From contig OZ024755.1 of the NCBI GenBank assembly GCA_964016885.1, forward strand, positions 21,948,001 through 22,012,000: a stretch of DNA of 64,000 nt, written 5' to 3'. The stretch comes from Eledone cirrhosa (taxonomy: Eukaryota). The translations under genes were made by a program, and so were the position numbers. A model generated the notes under the pieces. It was not told the DNA's origin and did not search any database. It worked only from the letters and a program-made list of their open reading frames with translations. Below, piece by piece: positions 26,701 through 39,954 of this stretch (position 1 is the stretch's first letter; every line of letters starts with the position of its first letter).

Positions 26701-29700
26701 TTATAAGATTTATTTCTCAAAATTTGCCGACATTATAACACTAATACGGTCTGGGTTCAAATCCCACTGAGGTTAACTTTAACTTCCATCCTTACGGGGT
26801 CGATAAAATAAAGTACCAATAATGCATGGGGATAATTGCTGGCCTTGTGTCAAAAGTAGAAACAATTATAACACTATATATTTTCATGTGACAATCTTGG
26901 GAACAGGCTATTGATATCTAATTTTTTGAAACACCCTGATCTTTAGCTGTGATTAAAAGCTTGTCAATATCAGCTTTGTGTATTAGGGGTCTTAGCTGGG
27001 GATAAATACAAATAACGGTGAATTGTCAGAATGGTTAAGAGGCTGGATTAAATGTCTTAGTGTTTATTTCGATTCACTAAGTTCTCATTTCAAATCCAGT
27101 AGAGGTCAACTTAGCAGGCTTTCATTCTCTCAGGGTGGTGGATTGGCCAAAATTTTTAAGAACCATACTGAATGCTTTATGGTATCTGGTACTGTGTGTT
27201 CTGACTTCAAATCCTGCCTCATTCTGTCAGGAATTGTAACTGGCAGAAGGTGTATCAGCAATGGAAGCAATATTTCTTGAGTTTGGTCTCATGACCAACT
27301 CCTCTCCTTTTATTTAGTTTTATTCATTTCATAAATATTACTTAGAAGGCAGCGAATCGGCAGAGCCATTAGAACGTCGGAAAGATTGCTTTGTGGTATT
27401 CGTGTCGGCTCTCTGTTCTCTCAGTTTAAATCCTACCGAGGTCAACTTTGCCTTTCATCCATTTGAGGTCGATAATAAGAATGTACCAGGTTAGTAATGG
27501 GGACGATTTTCCCCGCTACATCTCTCTCTCTCTCTCACTTTCTATCCTTCTCTGGAAGAAATCTGTTGTATTTAGACCTGGGAGAGGAGATGGGCTCGGT
27601 CAGGTTTAAAAAAATGCCCTAGAAACGCTATATGTCATTACGGCGCCCATTATGACTCCCTCAGGAGTTACAAGAAAAAAGGGAGAGAGAGAGAAATATT
27701 AATTGAAAGTTCTCGAACGGTGTAAAACAAAATCGAGGTTGGTGGTCCATAAATGGGGGACCGCTTGGCAGAAACCAACCAAATGATTCACCATTCTTCT
27801 AAGGAATATTTTTTCTAAAATCAATGCACCATATTGCTTGCTGCTATAGGATATAAGTAAAATAAAATGAAATAAAATAAAAACACCAAGAAATATCTTC
27901 AGTTTTAGTAACATTCTCAGGATAATTCAAATTAGAATTTATTTATTTATTTATTTGTTCATCTGTCCTTTACATTTAAGCTGACTTTGTTTATGTTCCG
28001 AGATATGGATGACAAGTGTTTGGATACCTTTCGTCATGTTTGATCTGCCAGGAGAGGAGGGAGGAGGAAGAAGAAGAGGTGGAACATTCAAGCGAGGCTG
28101 GCAACTAGCAACAGACTTGTTCAAGCACGTCAGTGTTGAAGAGCTGTGTAATTAAACAATATTTACTAAAGGAACTGCTGTATATGTATGTGCGTGTGTG
28201 TGTGTATGTAAGTATGTATGTGTGTATGTGTATGTATGTGCACATGTGTATATGTATATAAATTTAATATAAGGATGCATGAGTGTAAATGTGTATGAGT
28301 ATACCTTTGTATCTAGAAATATATATAGAATTTTGTGTGCATATGTGTGTATAATGTGTGTTCGTGTATTTATATGACGTATATGAGTAGTGGTTACTAT
28401 GAATAGCAGCGATGGATATCGAACTGCTTCAGATCAATTGTAAATTATACACTCACATACACACACATGTATACAATATACATACATACACATACACGAG
28501 CACACAGATATATACATACACACTCACATGTCTCTACCTCCCCTTTTTCCCCCTCCAAAATCAAAGTAATTCTACCAATAAAACCTACTAATGTTAGACA
28601 CCAATATTTCAGTATTAGATTATTTCAATAATTTTATCTTCATTTCATCAATCATGGCAGTTTCCTTACCCACTTCTATAGAGTTTTCTCACTGGATCAA
28701 ATATCAGGTTGTTTTAAAATGGCCGACAATGTTGCGTTAGTAAGACTCAACTAGCACAAGACCTACTTCTTTCTACATGTTAAAACACGCTAAAAAATAG
28801 GGACATCTGCAACACTCCATAACACATGTACATTACCATTCTAAAAACATTATCCCAACCAAATCCTTAACAAACGCCCCAAAATACCCCAAATAATGTT
28901 GATAATCTCAGTTGCTTCAAACACTAAGACAGCAATAACCCCAATAACCCAGCATGGAAGACCTCAGCCTGGTTGTCCATTCTACCAGAAATAGGAGATT
29001 ACACCTTATTTTTGTTTTGAATATATATATATATATATGGATTTCTTATTTATGCACAAGACCAACAATTTTATGGGAGGGCAAAGTTGATTAACCCTTT
29101 AGCATTTAAACCGCCCGTATCCGACCAGAATTCTCTCACCTCTTTCAGTTCAAACAGGGTGTAACCAGCCGTTCATGCTGACATTATGGTATTGTTCTCA
29201 AAATAAATAATATCAAAATCTCATAGATTCGATATTATGTGAGGTAAAGCTTTACCACAAAAATATAATTGTTTCTACTTTTGGCACAAGGCCAGCAATT
29301 ACCCAGTACATTACTGGTACTTTATTTTATCGACCCCGTAAGGATGAAAGGCAAAGCTAACCTCAGCGGGATTTGAACTCAGAATGTGAAGGGATGTGAC
29401 TCTGTCCCACAAAGTATATTGTCCGACACTCTACCGATTACTGCTAACTGTTCTAGATAAATAATGATTTTTAAAAAATTTAAACACAAGGCCAGCAATT
29501 TGGGTGGGAGGAGAACGTTAGTTAAATTTACCGCAGTACTGGACTCATACTTGATTTTCTTGACCCCCTCACCCACACATGTGAGAGAGAGAATGAGTGC
29601 TTGCTGGTGTATTCTTTTCATAAAGCATAGATATTCTTTATTTTTGAAAAGTAGGGAGTGGGATGTATATATATATATATATATATATACATCTGTGTAT

Positions 29701-29719
29701 GTGTGCGTGTATATATATA

Positions 29720-30602
29720 CAGGGTGCAGACGATATTTGTTCGCAATTTTCAACTGCTAATTTTATGCAAATTTTTTTTACTTCCGTTGTCACTCTTGTC
29801 TTCATAAAAACAGTAACTATATTTCTGTTATTTATTTTCAGAATAATTGATTATGAATAATTTTGAACCTCCAAATTTGTGGAAGAGACACGGAGTTCTT
29901 CTTGGAATCCGCGCCGGGAGGACAAATAAGACCAGAAGATCAACTCCCAGAACAACAGGTGGCTCGCTGTCTCATCCAAAGACAGATGTGCCCAGAGTCA
30001 TGCAGACAAAGTTTCCAGTGACAACATTGGTCTTAGGTGTTGTCAGCAGTCAAGGTGACGTCATGCCACCTCACTTCTTCTCGGAGGGCCTCAAGCTGAA
30101 CACCGATGGCTACATCCGCGTTCTGAGCGAGGTAGTAAAGCCCTGGATTGACCAGGTAGCTGCAGGTAGGCCATACGTGTGGCAGCAAGACTCAGCGTCC
30201 TGCCATACCAGCCGAAAGACCCAAGCCTGGCTGTCAGAGAACTTCGTCGACCACACTTCACCTGACATCTGGCCTCTCAGCTCGCCTGACAGCAATCCCT
30301 CAACTTCTTTGTGTGGGGCGCAGTGGAACGAGACACCAACAGATCTAGCTGCAATATGAAAGACGATCTGAAGGCCAGGATCACAAGTGCCTTTAGTCGG
30401 GGGACAGTGACGAAGGCCTGTAGCCGGTTCCAAGGCCGCCTTGAGGGCATCATCAAAGCCAATGGCGGGTTTATTGAGTGAGATCGAAAGAACAAGTCAT
30501 GAAGACAAACTGACCCAAGTTTGATAAATAAATCTTAAAAAATAAAACTACTGTGTTATTTTTTCATAGACAATAATCTTGCGAACAAATATCATCCGCA
30601 CC

Positions 30603-30605
<3 letters not shown>
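29720..30605 (+). mobile_element. Internally deleted Tc1/mariner DD37D (maT) transposon
   Basis: TIRs cagggtgcagacgatatttgttcgcaa / ttgcgaacaaatatcatccgcaccctg with TA flanks; WQQDSASCH...WPLSSPDSNP, frameshift, then LNFFVWG; 37 residues between the second and third catalytic positions. Confidence 0.9.
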
Positions 30606-30643
<38 letters not shown>

Positions 30644-30646
<3 letters not shown>

Positions 30647-31025
30647 TCATCATTTTACGTCCGTTTTTCCCTGCTTGCAAGGGTGGGACGGGAGCTGATT
30701 CTGGCTTGATTTCTACAGCTGGATGGCCTTCCTAACACCAACCTCATTTACAGTGAGTGCTGGGTGCTTTTTTTCCGTGGCACCTACACGTCCACTTAAC
30801 AGTGTGGGCTGGGTGCTTTTTTGCCATGGCACCTCCACGACCACTTTGCAGTGGAATGATAGGGACCCCTGTCCCTATCATCTCATTTCTACAGCTGAGT
30901 AAACTGGAGCAATGTGAATTAAAGTGTATTGCTCAAGGACACAACACATCACCCGGTCTGAGAATTGAACTCACAACCTTTCGATTGCAAGGCCAATGTT
31001 CTAACCACTAAGCCATGTGCCTCCA
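30644..31025 (-). mobile_element. SINE, family B
   Basis: Reverse-complement copy of 19202-19590, flanked by (TA)n. Confidence 0.9.
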
Positions 31026-31206
31026 TATATATATATATATATTATATTGGCTCTGCTTGAACCTATAACAACATTGAGCTAAATTACACCTAGTAAATGA
31101 GTAGTATTTATTCTCATAAATACTACTATTAATATATGTGTGTGTACAAATAGTGAAGATGTAGTAGACAAAATGGGTTTTACAACAATATATTTGGAAA
31201 TTTTTT

Positions 31207-31284
31207 CCATTACAAATGTTTCGACGGGTTTGATGACTATGCAGTGTGTTAGTTCCATAGTATCAATCTGACCTCTTCAGATGG
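31207..31284 (-). ncRNA. Type I hammerhead ribozyme candidate, intact core
   Basis: Minus strand ccat-CTGAAGA-g...c-GAAA-catttg-TA-atgg; stems I and III pair, GUA cleavage triplet. Confidence 0.65.
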
Positions 31285-31466
31285 TCTTCCGAATATTATT
31301 TTTATCCACTACTAGATGTAATCTGGGTTGCTTCAGGATGTTGAGTGCTTACCTCGGGATACCTCAAGATCTACCAGTTACAATACCATAACTGGTCATC
31401 TACCTGCATATGATATTAATATAATATAATACAGGATAATATAATATAATATATATATATATATTG

Positions 31467-31668
31467 TAGTGCCAAGTAATCCCAGTGGAAGGAAGACGAA
31501 GTAGGGGAAGACCATGGTAAACATGGGCGGAGGTGGTGAGAGCTGACCTTAGATCGCTGAAGTTCACGGAGATGACGAAGGACCATGACAAATGGAGAGA
31601 TGCTGTGCTGAAGAGAACCTGTCCCACCCTTGCAAGCAGGTAAAAGTGGACGTAAAATGATGATGATG
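31467..31668 (+). mobile_element. RTE LINE 3' end within (TA)n
   Basis: Same family as 18291-18485, opposite orientation. Confidence 0.85.
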
Positions 31669-31708
<40 letters not shown>

Positions 31709-32152
31709 TTATATATACCCCACTGCCTACATATAAATATATATATATATGTACATATATATTACCAAATCATAATATTATGAAATAAAATCAAACTGTT
31801 TAGAACTACAAGTGAAGTCATTCTTTTCCTTTTTTTAAATATATATGTATAAATATAAATGGAATAGAATGAAACGAAATTTCATTTCTCACTCATAGTA
31901 CGGCAGTTACTTAAATGTAAGTATGTATGTATACATACGTACATATATGTATACAGAAGTACAGTAGTATGTATATATATACATACATGCACACATATAT
32001 ATGTACGTATTGGTTTACCGGATATTTATTATAATGCTCGGTTTGTTTGTAAACAAACAAACAGCCCGAATTACGCCGTACAGTGTTTAGGCAACCACGT
32101 CACCTTTATATATATATATATGTGTGTTTGTGTATATATGTGTGTGTGTGTT

Positions 32153-32195
<43 letters not shown>

Positions 32196-32346
32196 TTCTT
32201 TAGGTTTGTTGGTCCACCACTGGATAGAACTGGTCATTCCGTATGGTCAATCCTGGTGTAATATTGTGAAGAGTACTCAACGCAGTGCAGTTCACCCATC
32301 TTCGTTTGTGTAGTTGGTGGTGCGAATACGGAGTTAATTATAAATG

Positions 32347-32448
32347 AAATAAAATAACAGGAGGCTGGACTGGTGTAAATCCTTGAAAGGTTTATTATAA
32401 TAAACCTTTCAAGGATTTACACCAGTCCAGCCTCCTGTTATTTTATTT
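32347..32448. repeat. Perfect 102-bp palindrome with no loop
   Basis: 32347-32397 is the exact reverse complement of 32398-32448. Confidence 0.95.
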
Positions 32449-32469
32449 TATTTATGTATATATATATAT

Positions 32470-32722
32470 TGTGCCCGATCTCTTTAACAATACACTAAAA
32501 CACATAAAAAGAGGAACAAATCTCATAAAATTAAAAAGGTCTTTGGACAAATTCCTTCAAGAAATCCTGAATAAACCTCCTACACCTGAATATGTCACCG
32601 TATACAATAACTCTCTACTTGATGGGGCCATGGTGTCCAAATCATGATTTGAAAGAATTTGCAAGGTGGTGCTATTAACTTAGACATTGCCTGGGCCAAT
32701 ACTGGCCGAAACATATCAAAGT
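32470..32722 (+). mobile_element. Degraded CR1/L2-like LINE 3' fragment
   Basis: LDKFLQEI..KP-like coding remnant. Confidence 0.5.
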
Positions 32723-33263
32723 TTTATATATTTATATATATAATTATACTAGTTTTTGGACTCCTGAAGAAGGGCTAAAGCCTGACATGTTAAACTTTCT
32801 TTCCTCTTTCCCTTATAAAGCATGAAACTAATAAGACTTTTTGTATCTCTGTTTTGTCATTTCCTTGAACTATATATATATAATTAGTCCACACTGTAAA
32901 TGAGGCTGGTGTTAGGAAGGGTATCCAGCTGTAAAAAACCTGCCAGAGATGCTTCCGTGCGAGCGAAACATGGTCTCCCAACCATCCCCGCATCAAATGG
33001 AACAAAACCATCCAACCCATGCCAGCGTGGAAGATGGACGTTAAACAATGATGATGATGATGGTGATAGATAGATATGTATATATATATATATATAAAAC
33101 CTTTTTGCATATATCATTATTTTGTTGTATGTATAGTTTGTACCTTCGGTTGTTTCTCTTGGTATCACATTTTATAACTATGGTCTTTAACTCTGGACTT
33201 AATGTTTGTTTTTAACTTTCGAACCATTGAATAGTACTGTTGTATTGCAGCAGCTAAAGTTCG

Positions 33264-33313
<50 letters not shown>

Positions 33314-33837
33314 GTATATATAATGTGTTTCTTTTTTTTTAAATATTTTAACTTTATTAAGAATCACCTACAGAAGTGTAGCTTCACTATAATTTGTTGA
33401 CATAATCCTGAATGAATCGTTAAGAAATAAATACATACTGAAATATATATTTGTTTGAGTATGAAAAGAATTGCTGTAATGTCTTGGAACTATTATAACC
33501 AGAAATATTCTTAAATATTTATGTCAAGAAATTCTTTATCGGGCAAACACTATAAATTTTCATTGACCAACTGAGACACAAAGTTAAGGCCTTATTGAAG
33601 CTGACTGATTTCATCAGGAACTAAGGCAGTGTGTTGATCAGAACATGACAAATGCCATCCTTCAATTGAGTCAGAGTTGTTGGTTTTGAGCTATAAACTT
33701 TTTCCTTCGCTCCTCCACCCCCTCAGGAAAAAATAGCATGGCTTTAATTCAGGGGTTTTTGTTGGCCATTCATGTGGACCTTGACAACATCCTGGTAATT
33801 GGACATCAAGCTACTCACAGAGAGTGGATACAGAATG

Positions 33838-33871
<34 letters not shown>

Positions 33872-34414
33872 GGGGGGGGGTTCTTGTATGAATATGAGGT
33901 GATTCCTGTTGTCCCAAGTCGTCACAGGATGCCAAAAGTTAGTAATTTTCAATATGGAGTTTCTTTCCACCCACCCTGAACATAATCTACATACATATAC
34001 TTATATTTGCACATATTATGTCATGTAAAATATATACCAGGATATATATATATATATATGTAGAGAGAGAGAGAGATTAAGAAGAATCAAAGTCAGTGTT
34101 GCAGCATATGTACAAACTTTATTGCTATATTACAATTGTTTTGCTATTGATCAGTTCAGGGTACAATCAAAATGATGGGGCCCGACTCTTTTTCGACACT
34201 TGCATGTGTTTGAATTCTTGCATCTATGTGTTTGTGTGTGTGTGTAAAGAGAAATAATTATGTATGTAGTATATAACAGAAAATGTTTTATAAACTTTTC
34301 TAAACATTTGAAGTATGTGTGGATGTGTCAACAGTATTGAAAAAAGAAAACAGAACGAAAATCTAATAATAATTGTGATAATAATAGAGTAACTTGATTG
34401 ATGAATCCAGTATA

Positions 34415-34552
34415 AACAGCAACAACAACAGCAACAACAGAAGCAACAACAACATCAACAACAGCAGTAAGAATAGCAGCAGCAGCAGCAACAGCAGCAA
34501 CAGTAGCAACAACAGCAGCAGCAACAGAAGCAACAACAACAGCAGTAAGAAT

Positions 34553-34583
<31 letters not shown>

Positions 34584-34708
34584 GAAACAACAACAGCAGC
34601 AACAACAGCAACAACAACAACAGCAACAGCAGCAACAACAACAACAACAGCAGCAACAGTAGCAACAACAGCAGCAGCAACAGAAGCAACAACAACAGCA
34701 GTAAGCAT

Positions 34709-34739
<31 letters not shown>

Positions 34740-35050
34740 GAAACAACAACAACAGCAACAACAGCAACAACAGCAACAGCAGCAACAACAGAAACAACAA
34801 CAACAACAGCAACAGCAGCAACAACAACAGCAACAATAACAACAGCAACAATAACAACAACAACAACAACAGCAACAACAACAGTGACAATAGCAGCAAC
34901 AACAGCAACAGAAGCAACAAAACAACAACAACAGCAGCAACAACAACAACAACAACAGCAGCGACAACAACAGTGACAATAGCAGCAACAACAGCAACAG
35001 AAGCAACAAAACAACAACAGCAGCAACAACAGCAATAACAACAACAGCAT
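34415..35050. repeat. Compound (CAA/CAG)n microsatellite
   Basis: Directly visible; generates the poly-L/C/N/V ORFs. Confidence 0.95.
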
Positions 35051-35179
35051 GACAGGTAAATAAATAGATATAAGAAAGAAAGTAGGGGGGGGGGGTGACT
35101 ATATAATAAAAAGAGAGACAGATCAATATTTGGTTTGAAGATCAATCAACCAAATTTCAGTTAATTAAACAATCGAGAT

Positions 35180-35204
35180 AAGAAATATATATATATATAA
35201 TATA

Positions 35205-35241
<37 letters not shown>

Positions 35242-35545
35242 TATTTATACATATATATATGTATATATATATATATGTATACATATATATATGTATATAT
35301 ATATATATATATGTATACAAAATATGTATTCATATATATATATGTATTCATATATGTATATATACATATTTATTCATATGTGTATATATACATATTTATT
35401 CATATATGTATATATACATATGTATTCATATATGTATATATACATATTTATTCATAAATGTATATATACATATGTATTCATATATGTATATATACATATG
35501 TATTCATATATGTATATATACATATATATTCATATACATATATTC

Positions 35546-35579
<34 letters not shown>

Positions 35580-35900
35580 GTATTCATATATATATATATG
35601 TATTCATATATATATATATGTATTCATATATATATGTATACATATATATATATATATGTCTAACCCATGCTAGCATGGAAGATGGACGTTAAATGATGAT
35701 GATGATGTATACACATATATATATATGTGTACATATATATATATATATGTGTATACATATATATGTATACATATATATGTATACATATATATACATATAT
35801 ATATAAATGTATATATATATATACATCTCTATCTATCTATCTATCTATCTAAACACACACACACACACACATATACATACATACATACATACATACAATA
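35180..35900. repeat. TA-rich compound microsatellite
   Basis: (TA)n/(TATG)n/(CA)n runs. Confidence 0.95.
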
Positions 35901-36239
35901 TAAGAAATCAGGGGAGGTGGCAATAGATCTTATAGGTTTGTTGCTATAAGATATTAACATTAAGCCACCACCTCCATTTGAGATCAAAGACCAATCAATA
36001 CAGACTATCTCTGTAATGACTTACACTGGCTGATGTTTCTCAGCCACAGTTATTAAACACTATCAGAGGATTCAGAACAGAACCAAACAGTTTTGGATTC
36101 GATCTTTGTTAAAATTCTGGTTTATCTCTTTAACACAATATGAAAACTGAGTGATGTGGACAAACACGATCTGTATACTTTTACTTTTTGTAAGTTTTAT
36201 AACTTTTTTATATGTATATATATATGAGTGTATGTATGT

Positions 36240-36500
36240 ATGTATGTTCTTCTTTTTGGTAAATATCATCTTGTTTAAGAGAGTGGGACTGGCTTTGTGC
36301 AGTGCCTTTGCTCACTATAAAAGCTTCACGGCACAGGCATTGCTTTATATCTGGAGATCTCTCTGCACTTGTCGTCACATGGTACCATGGGCCCAGCACT
36401 ATGTGTCAATAATTGTCACAAGTGTAGTGTTTGTACCAGAGTTTTCAAGTAGCTGGCTGGACTAAAAAGTCACACTCGTTCAGCGCATCGGTAGGGGTTC
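36240..36500 (+). mobile_element. LINE 3' fragment with C2H2-like remnant; near-identical copy at 47985-48225
   Basis: About 240 bp shared; the second copy reads CSVCTRVFMSQAGLKSH. Confidence 0.6.
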
Positions 36501-36899
36501 TCCTACATGGATATAAAGTAGTGGCTGTACTCGAAAACGAGTTGGCAGCCACCATGTATGTATGTATATGTATGTATGTATATGTATATATGTATATGTA
36601 TGTTCGTATATGTATGTATGTATATGTATGTATTGTCTTACATGTATGTATTGTCGTATATGTATGTATATGTATGTATATGAATGTATGTATGTATGTA
36701 TATGTATGTATGTATCTATGATCATACATGTATGTATGTATATGTATGTGTGAATGTATCTATAAGTATGTATAAATGAATGTATGTATGAATATATATA
36801 TGTATGTTTCTCTTTCTTTTAATTTTGAGTACATTTTACCGGCCACCTTCCTGGTGGCAAGGTTGTAAAAGAAAAGAAATTGTCATCTCTTGAATCGCA

Positions 36900-37302
36900 A
36901 GAATGTTTTGCAAATTTTGAAGGTGCCAGCTGTCACAGCCATTTGTTGTCTATGAATTAGGGAGCTGCGCTCTTTGTTCACAAATCCAAGTTCAGTCATA
37001 CTTTGGTCCAAGTGGTTTGGTATATAACCCGTAGCACCAATAATGATGGGTATGAAGCTGAAGGTGTATCTTGAATACTGGATCTACAAACTCCTCATCA
37101 ATGGTCCATAGCTGTCCTCCTCCTGCATTTTTCTTACAATGTTGACATTAAGTAGGCAGCTGGTCTCTACAACACAGCACGTTTTCAATGTGTGGTCCCA
37201 AACAACAATATCAGGCTGGTTGTCCTTTAATTTGCTGACAGTTTTTATTTTCAGGTTCCACCAGTATTCCTTAGTGCCATCTATCTCAACATATTCCTCC
37301 TC
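36900..37302 (-). mobile_element. R4/Dong-like LINE fragment, restriction-like endonuclease
   Basis: NQPDIVVWDHTLKTCCVVETSC (PD..E motif); homologous to 50090-50735. Confidence 0.8.
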
Positions 37303-37881
37303 ATTAATATATATGTATGTATATGTATGTATGTATGTATGCATATGTATGTATGCATGCATGCATATGCAATTATATGTATGTTCATCTACAATTATTT
37401 GAATTTCATCTCTCAAGAAGTTGGTTTCGAAAAAACCCCAAAAAACCCAGACCGCCCCCCCCCCCCCCCCCAAAAAAAAAAAAAAAAAACTACAAAAACA
37501 AAGATACAACATTTTAATTTAGATAACAACATTGAAGAGTTACATGTTGAACATGAGAAAAGTCTTGTATATTTCTATTGTTCCCCTTAAATATTGTATT
37601 TGTAAAGTAAGTGGTAGCTCTGGTTTGCTCTTGTTTGCTCTGGTTTGCTCTTGAATGTATTAATGTATGTATACAAATAATATGCACACACACATATATA
37701 TAAATAAATAAACATATATATGTTTCAAAACATACTTACTTGCCATTTAAACATATATATATATATATATATATAAATATATATATATATATTTGTTTAT
37801 TTATTTATATATATCCAGGAAAAACATAAACCGTTAAGATCTTCTTCCTGGATATGTCAATATTTATAAAACAAACATTGC

Positions 37882-37940
37882 ATTTTATCTGATGAGAGCG
37901 TACCAAAGTTTTGGTACCCTTGAAATATATATAATAGAAT
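37882..37940 (+). ncRNA. Type I hammerhead ribozyme candidate, intact core
   Basis: attttat-CTGATGA-gagcgtaccaaagttttggtaccctt-GAAA-tatata-TA-atagaat, with AATAAA at the 3' end. Confidence 0.65.
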
Positions 37941-38170
37941 AAATATGGTTTTATAAATATAGTTTCCATTTATTTAATATCATTGTATATATATATATAT
38001 ATATATATATCAATAATATTAATAAATGTTACTGGTTGGTTGTTTGTTCTATGTGTGTGTGTTTTCATTTTGTCCTTAATTCATGTTGGCGGAGTACTGA
38101 TGGCGTAGGACAAAACAAGATGGCGTAGGACAGAACAAAGGAGAAGCACAAAACAAAGAAAAAAATCCCA

Positions 38171-38213
38171 GTCACTGATGAGGTCACGGAATGTGTGATG
38201 AAAGAACTTTGAC
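38171..38213 (+). ncRNA. Minimal hammerhead-like motif
   Basis: gtca-CTGATGA-ggtcacggaatgtgtgat-GAAA-gaac-TT-tgac. Confidence 0.5.
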
Positions 38214-38328
38214 AATATATAAACAACCATCCGGTTGTGGAACCAACCAACCGGAAATTTATAATAAATTGAAGTGAAAGCAACTAGTGCGTGTGTTTCT
38301 TATTGGCAACATGACCCTCCCAAAGTAT

Positions 38329-38426
<98 letters not shown>

Positions 38427-38584
38427 ATATATATGTATATAACGAAGGAAGAGTGGTAAGGAACCAGGTGGACCATAACGCACCAGAGTACTCGATACTT
38501 AGGGTAAAAGAGCCGTTTCGATATATATGTATATTTGTATATATATATATATATTATTGTGTGAAATATAGATATACTATTGTG

Positions 38585-38629
<45 letters not shown>

Positions 38630-38630
<1 letters not shown>

Positions 38631-39548
38631 TATGGCGGGTAAAATTCTCGAGATCCATGGACTAGTTCTCTCCAGCGGTCTCTGTCCCTCATTATCAGTG
38701 CCATGCTGGAGTGCTCCAGGGAGATAGATTGGTTCCCTACCTTTTTATCATCGTAGTGGACTATTGTATGCGCCTTGCACTGGAGAAACACCAGGACTCT
38801 GGGTTTACTGTAGCACCGGCTCAGAGCAGGAGAGTTAAGGCGAAAAAGATATCGGATGCTGAATTTGCCGACGACATAGTTTTGGTGACAAATATAGTGA
38901 AGGAGGCAGAGGATTTGATGCGGGTGGTTGAGACTGTGTCGATGAGTGTGGGGCTGAGAATGAATGAGACTAAAACAAAATATATGGTAGAGAATGTTGA
39001 GAAGCCAGAGGGGATCACTAATGTAGGTGGGAAGCCGCTAGAATTGGTTGAGGACTTCCTGTATTTGGGAGCAAAGATTGGAAATACGGAAGATGATGTG
39101 GTTGAGAGGAAGAGCAAAGCCTGGGCGGCGTGCCACAGCTTGAGATCGGTGTGGAAGTTGGACCTTCGTAAAGACCTGAAAATCCGCCTCTTCATTGCTG
39201 TAGTGGAGTCTGTACTGCTGTACGGGTCTGAGACTTGGACACTGACCAAGAAACTCACTCAGATGGTGGATGGGTGCTACACGAGACTGCTGAGGATGGC
39301 TCTGAACATTAATCAGTATACACTGAGGATGAAAAACTCAGAGCTGTATGGGAGCCTCCCAAAAGTCAGCTCAAAGTGACACAGAGGAGACTGAGGTTAG
39401 CTGGACATGCTCACCGACATCCAGAGTTGACATTGCACTCAGTGCTCCTGTGGGAGCCCCTACATGGACACACTGGAAGAGGTAGACCGAGGTTAACATA
39501 TGTTGATGCCCTAAGGACAGACACTGGCCTGTTGGAGATGCAGGATAT
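38630..39548. mobile_element. RTE LINE insertion with inverted 5' segment
   Basis: RT motifs GVLQGD, FADDI, FLYLG and LLYGSETW on + (38705-39548); the element's own 3' end lies on - at 38630-38704. Confidence 0.88.
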
Positions 39549-39954
39549 ATATATATATATATATATATATCATCATCATCATTGTTTAACGTCCATCTTC
39601 CACGCTAGCATGGGCCTGGGCGAGAATTGTCCCACTTGAGGCAAGATTGGTTGTCTTGCTTGGGACTGTCTGGCGGGTTTTCTACGGCTGGATGCCCTTC
39701 CTGACACCAACCACATTTACAGTGTGGACTGGGAGGTTTTTACCGTGTTACCTACATGGCCACATTACAGCATGGACTGTGTGTTTTTTTGTTGTGACAC
39801 CTACATGACCTCATTTATTTAGGACTGGATGTTGTGGTACCAACATAGCTTTACATCGAAAGGGGTGGTGTAGATGGCGGTGGGGGTAGGGATAGTGGGA
39901 CGGGGGTGTATTTTGGTTAAGAGGTGCCTACTGACTGTAGGTTTCACTTTGTAC

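Noticed and set aside
28716-28727. YY1-like aaaatggccgac, and ETS-like ccggaagt near 49033, as promoters
   Set aside because: Single short motifs with no independent evidence for a transcription start.
32690-32720. ggcca...tggcc-GAAA-c hairpin as a ribozyme
   Set aside because: Lacks the CTGANGA box; more simply the 3' UTR hairpin of the adjacent LINE fragment.
34328-35145. Long poly-Leu/Cys/Asn/Val ORFs
   Set aside because: Translations of a CAA/CAG microsatellite with no splice or homology support.
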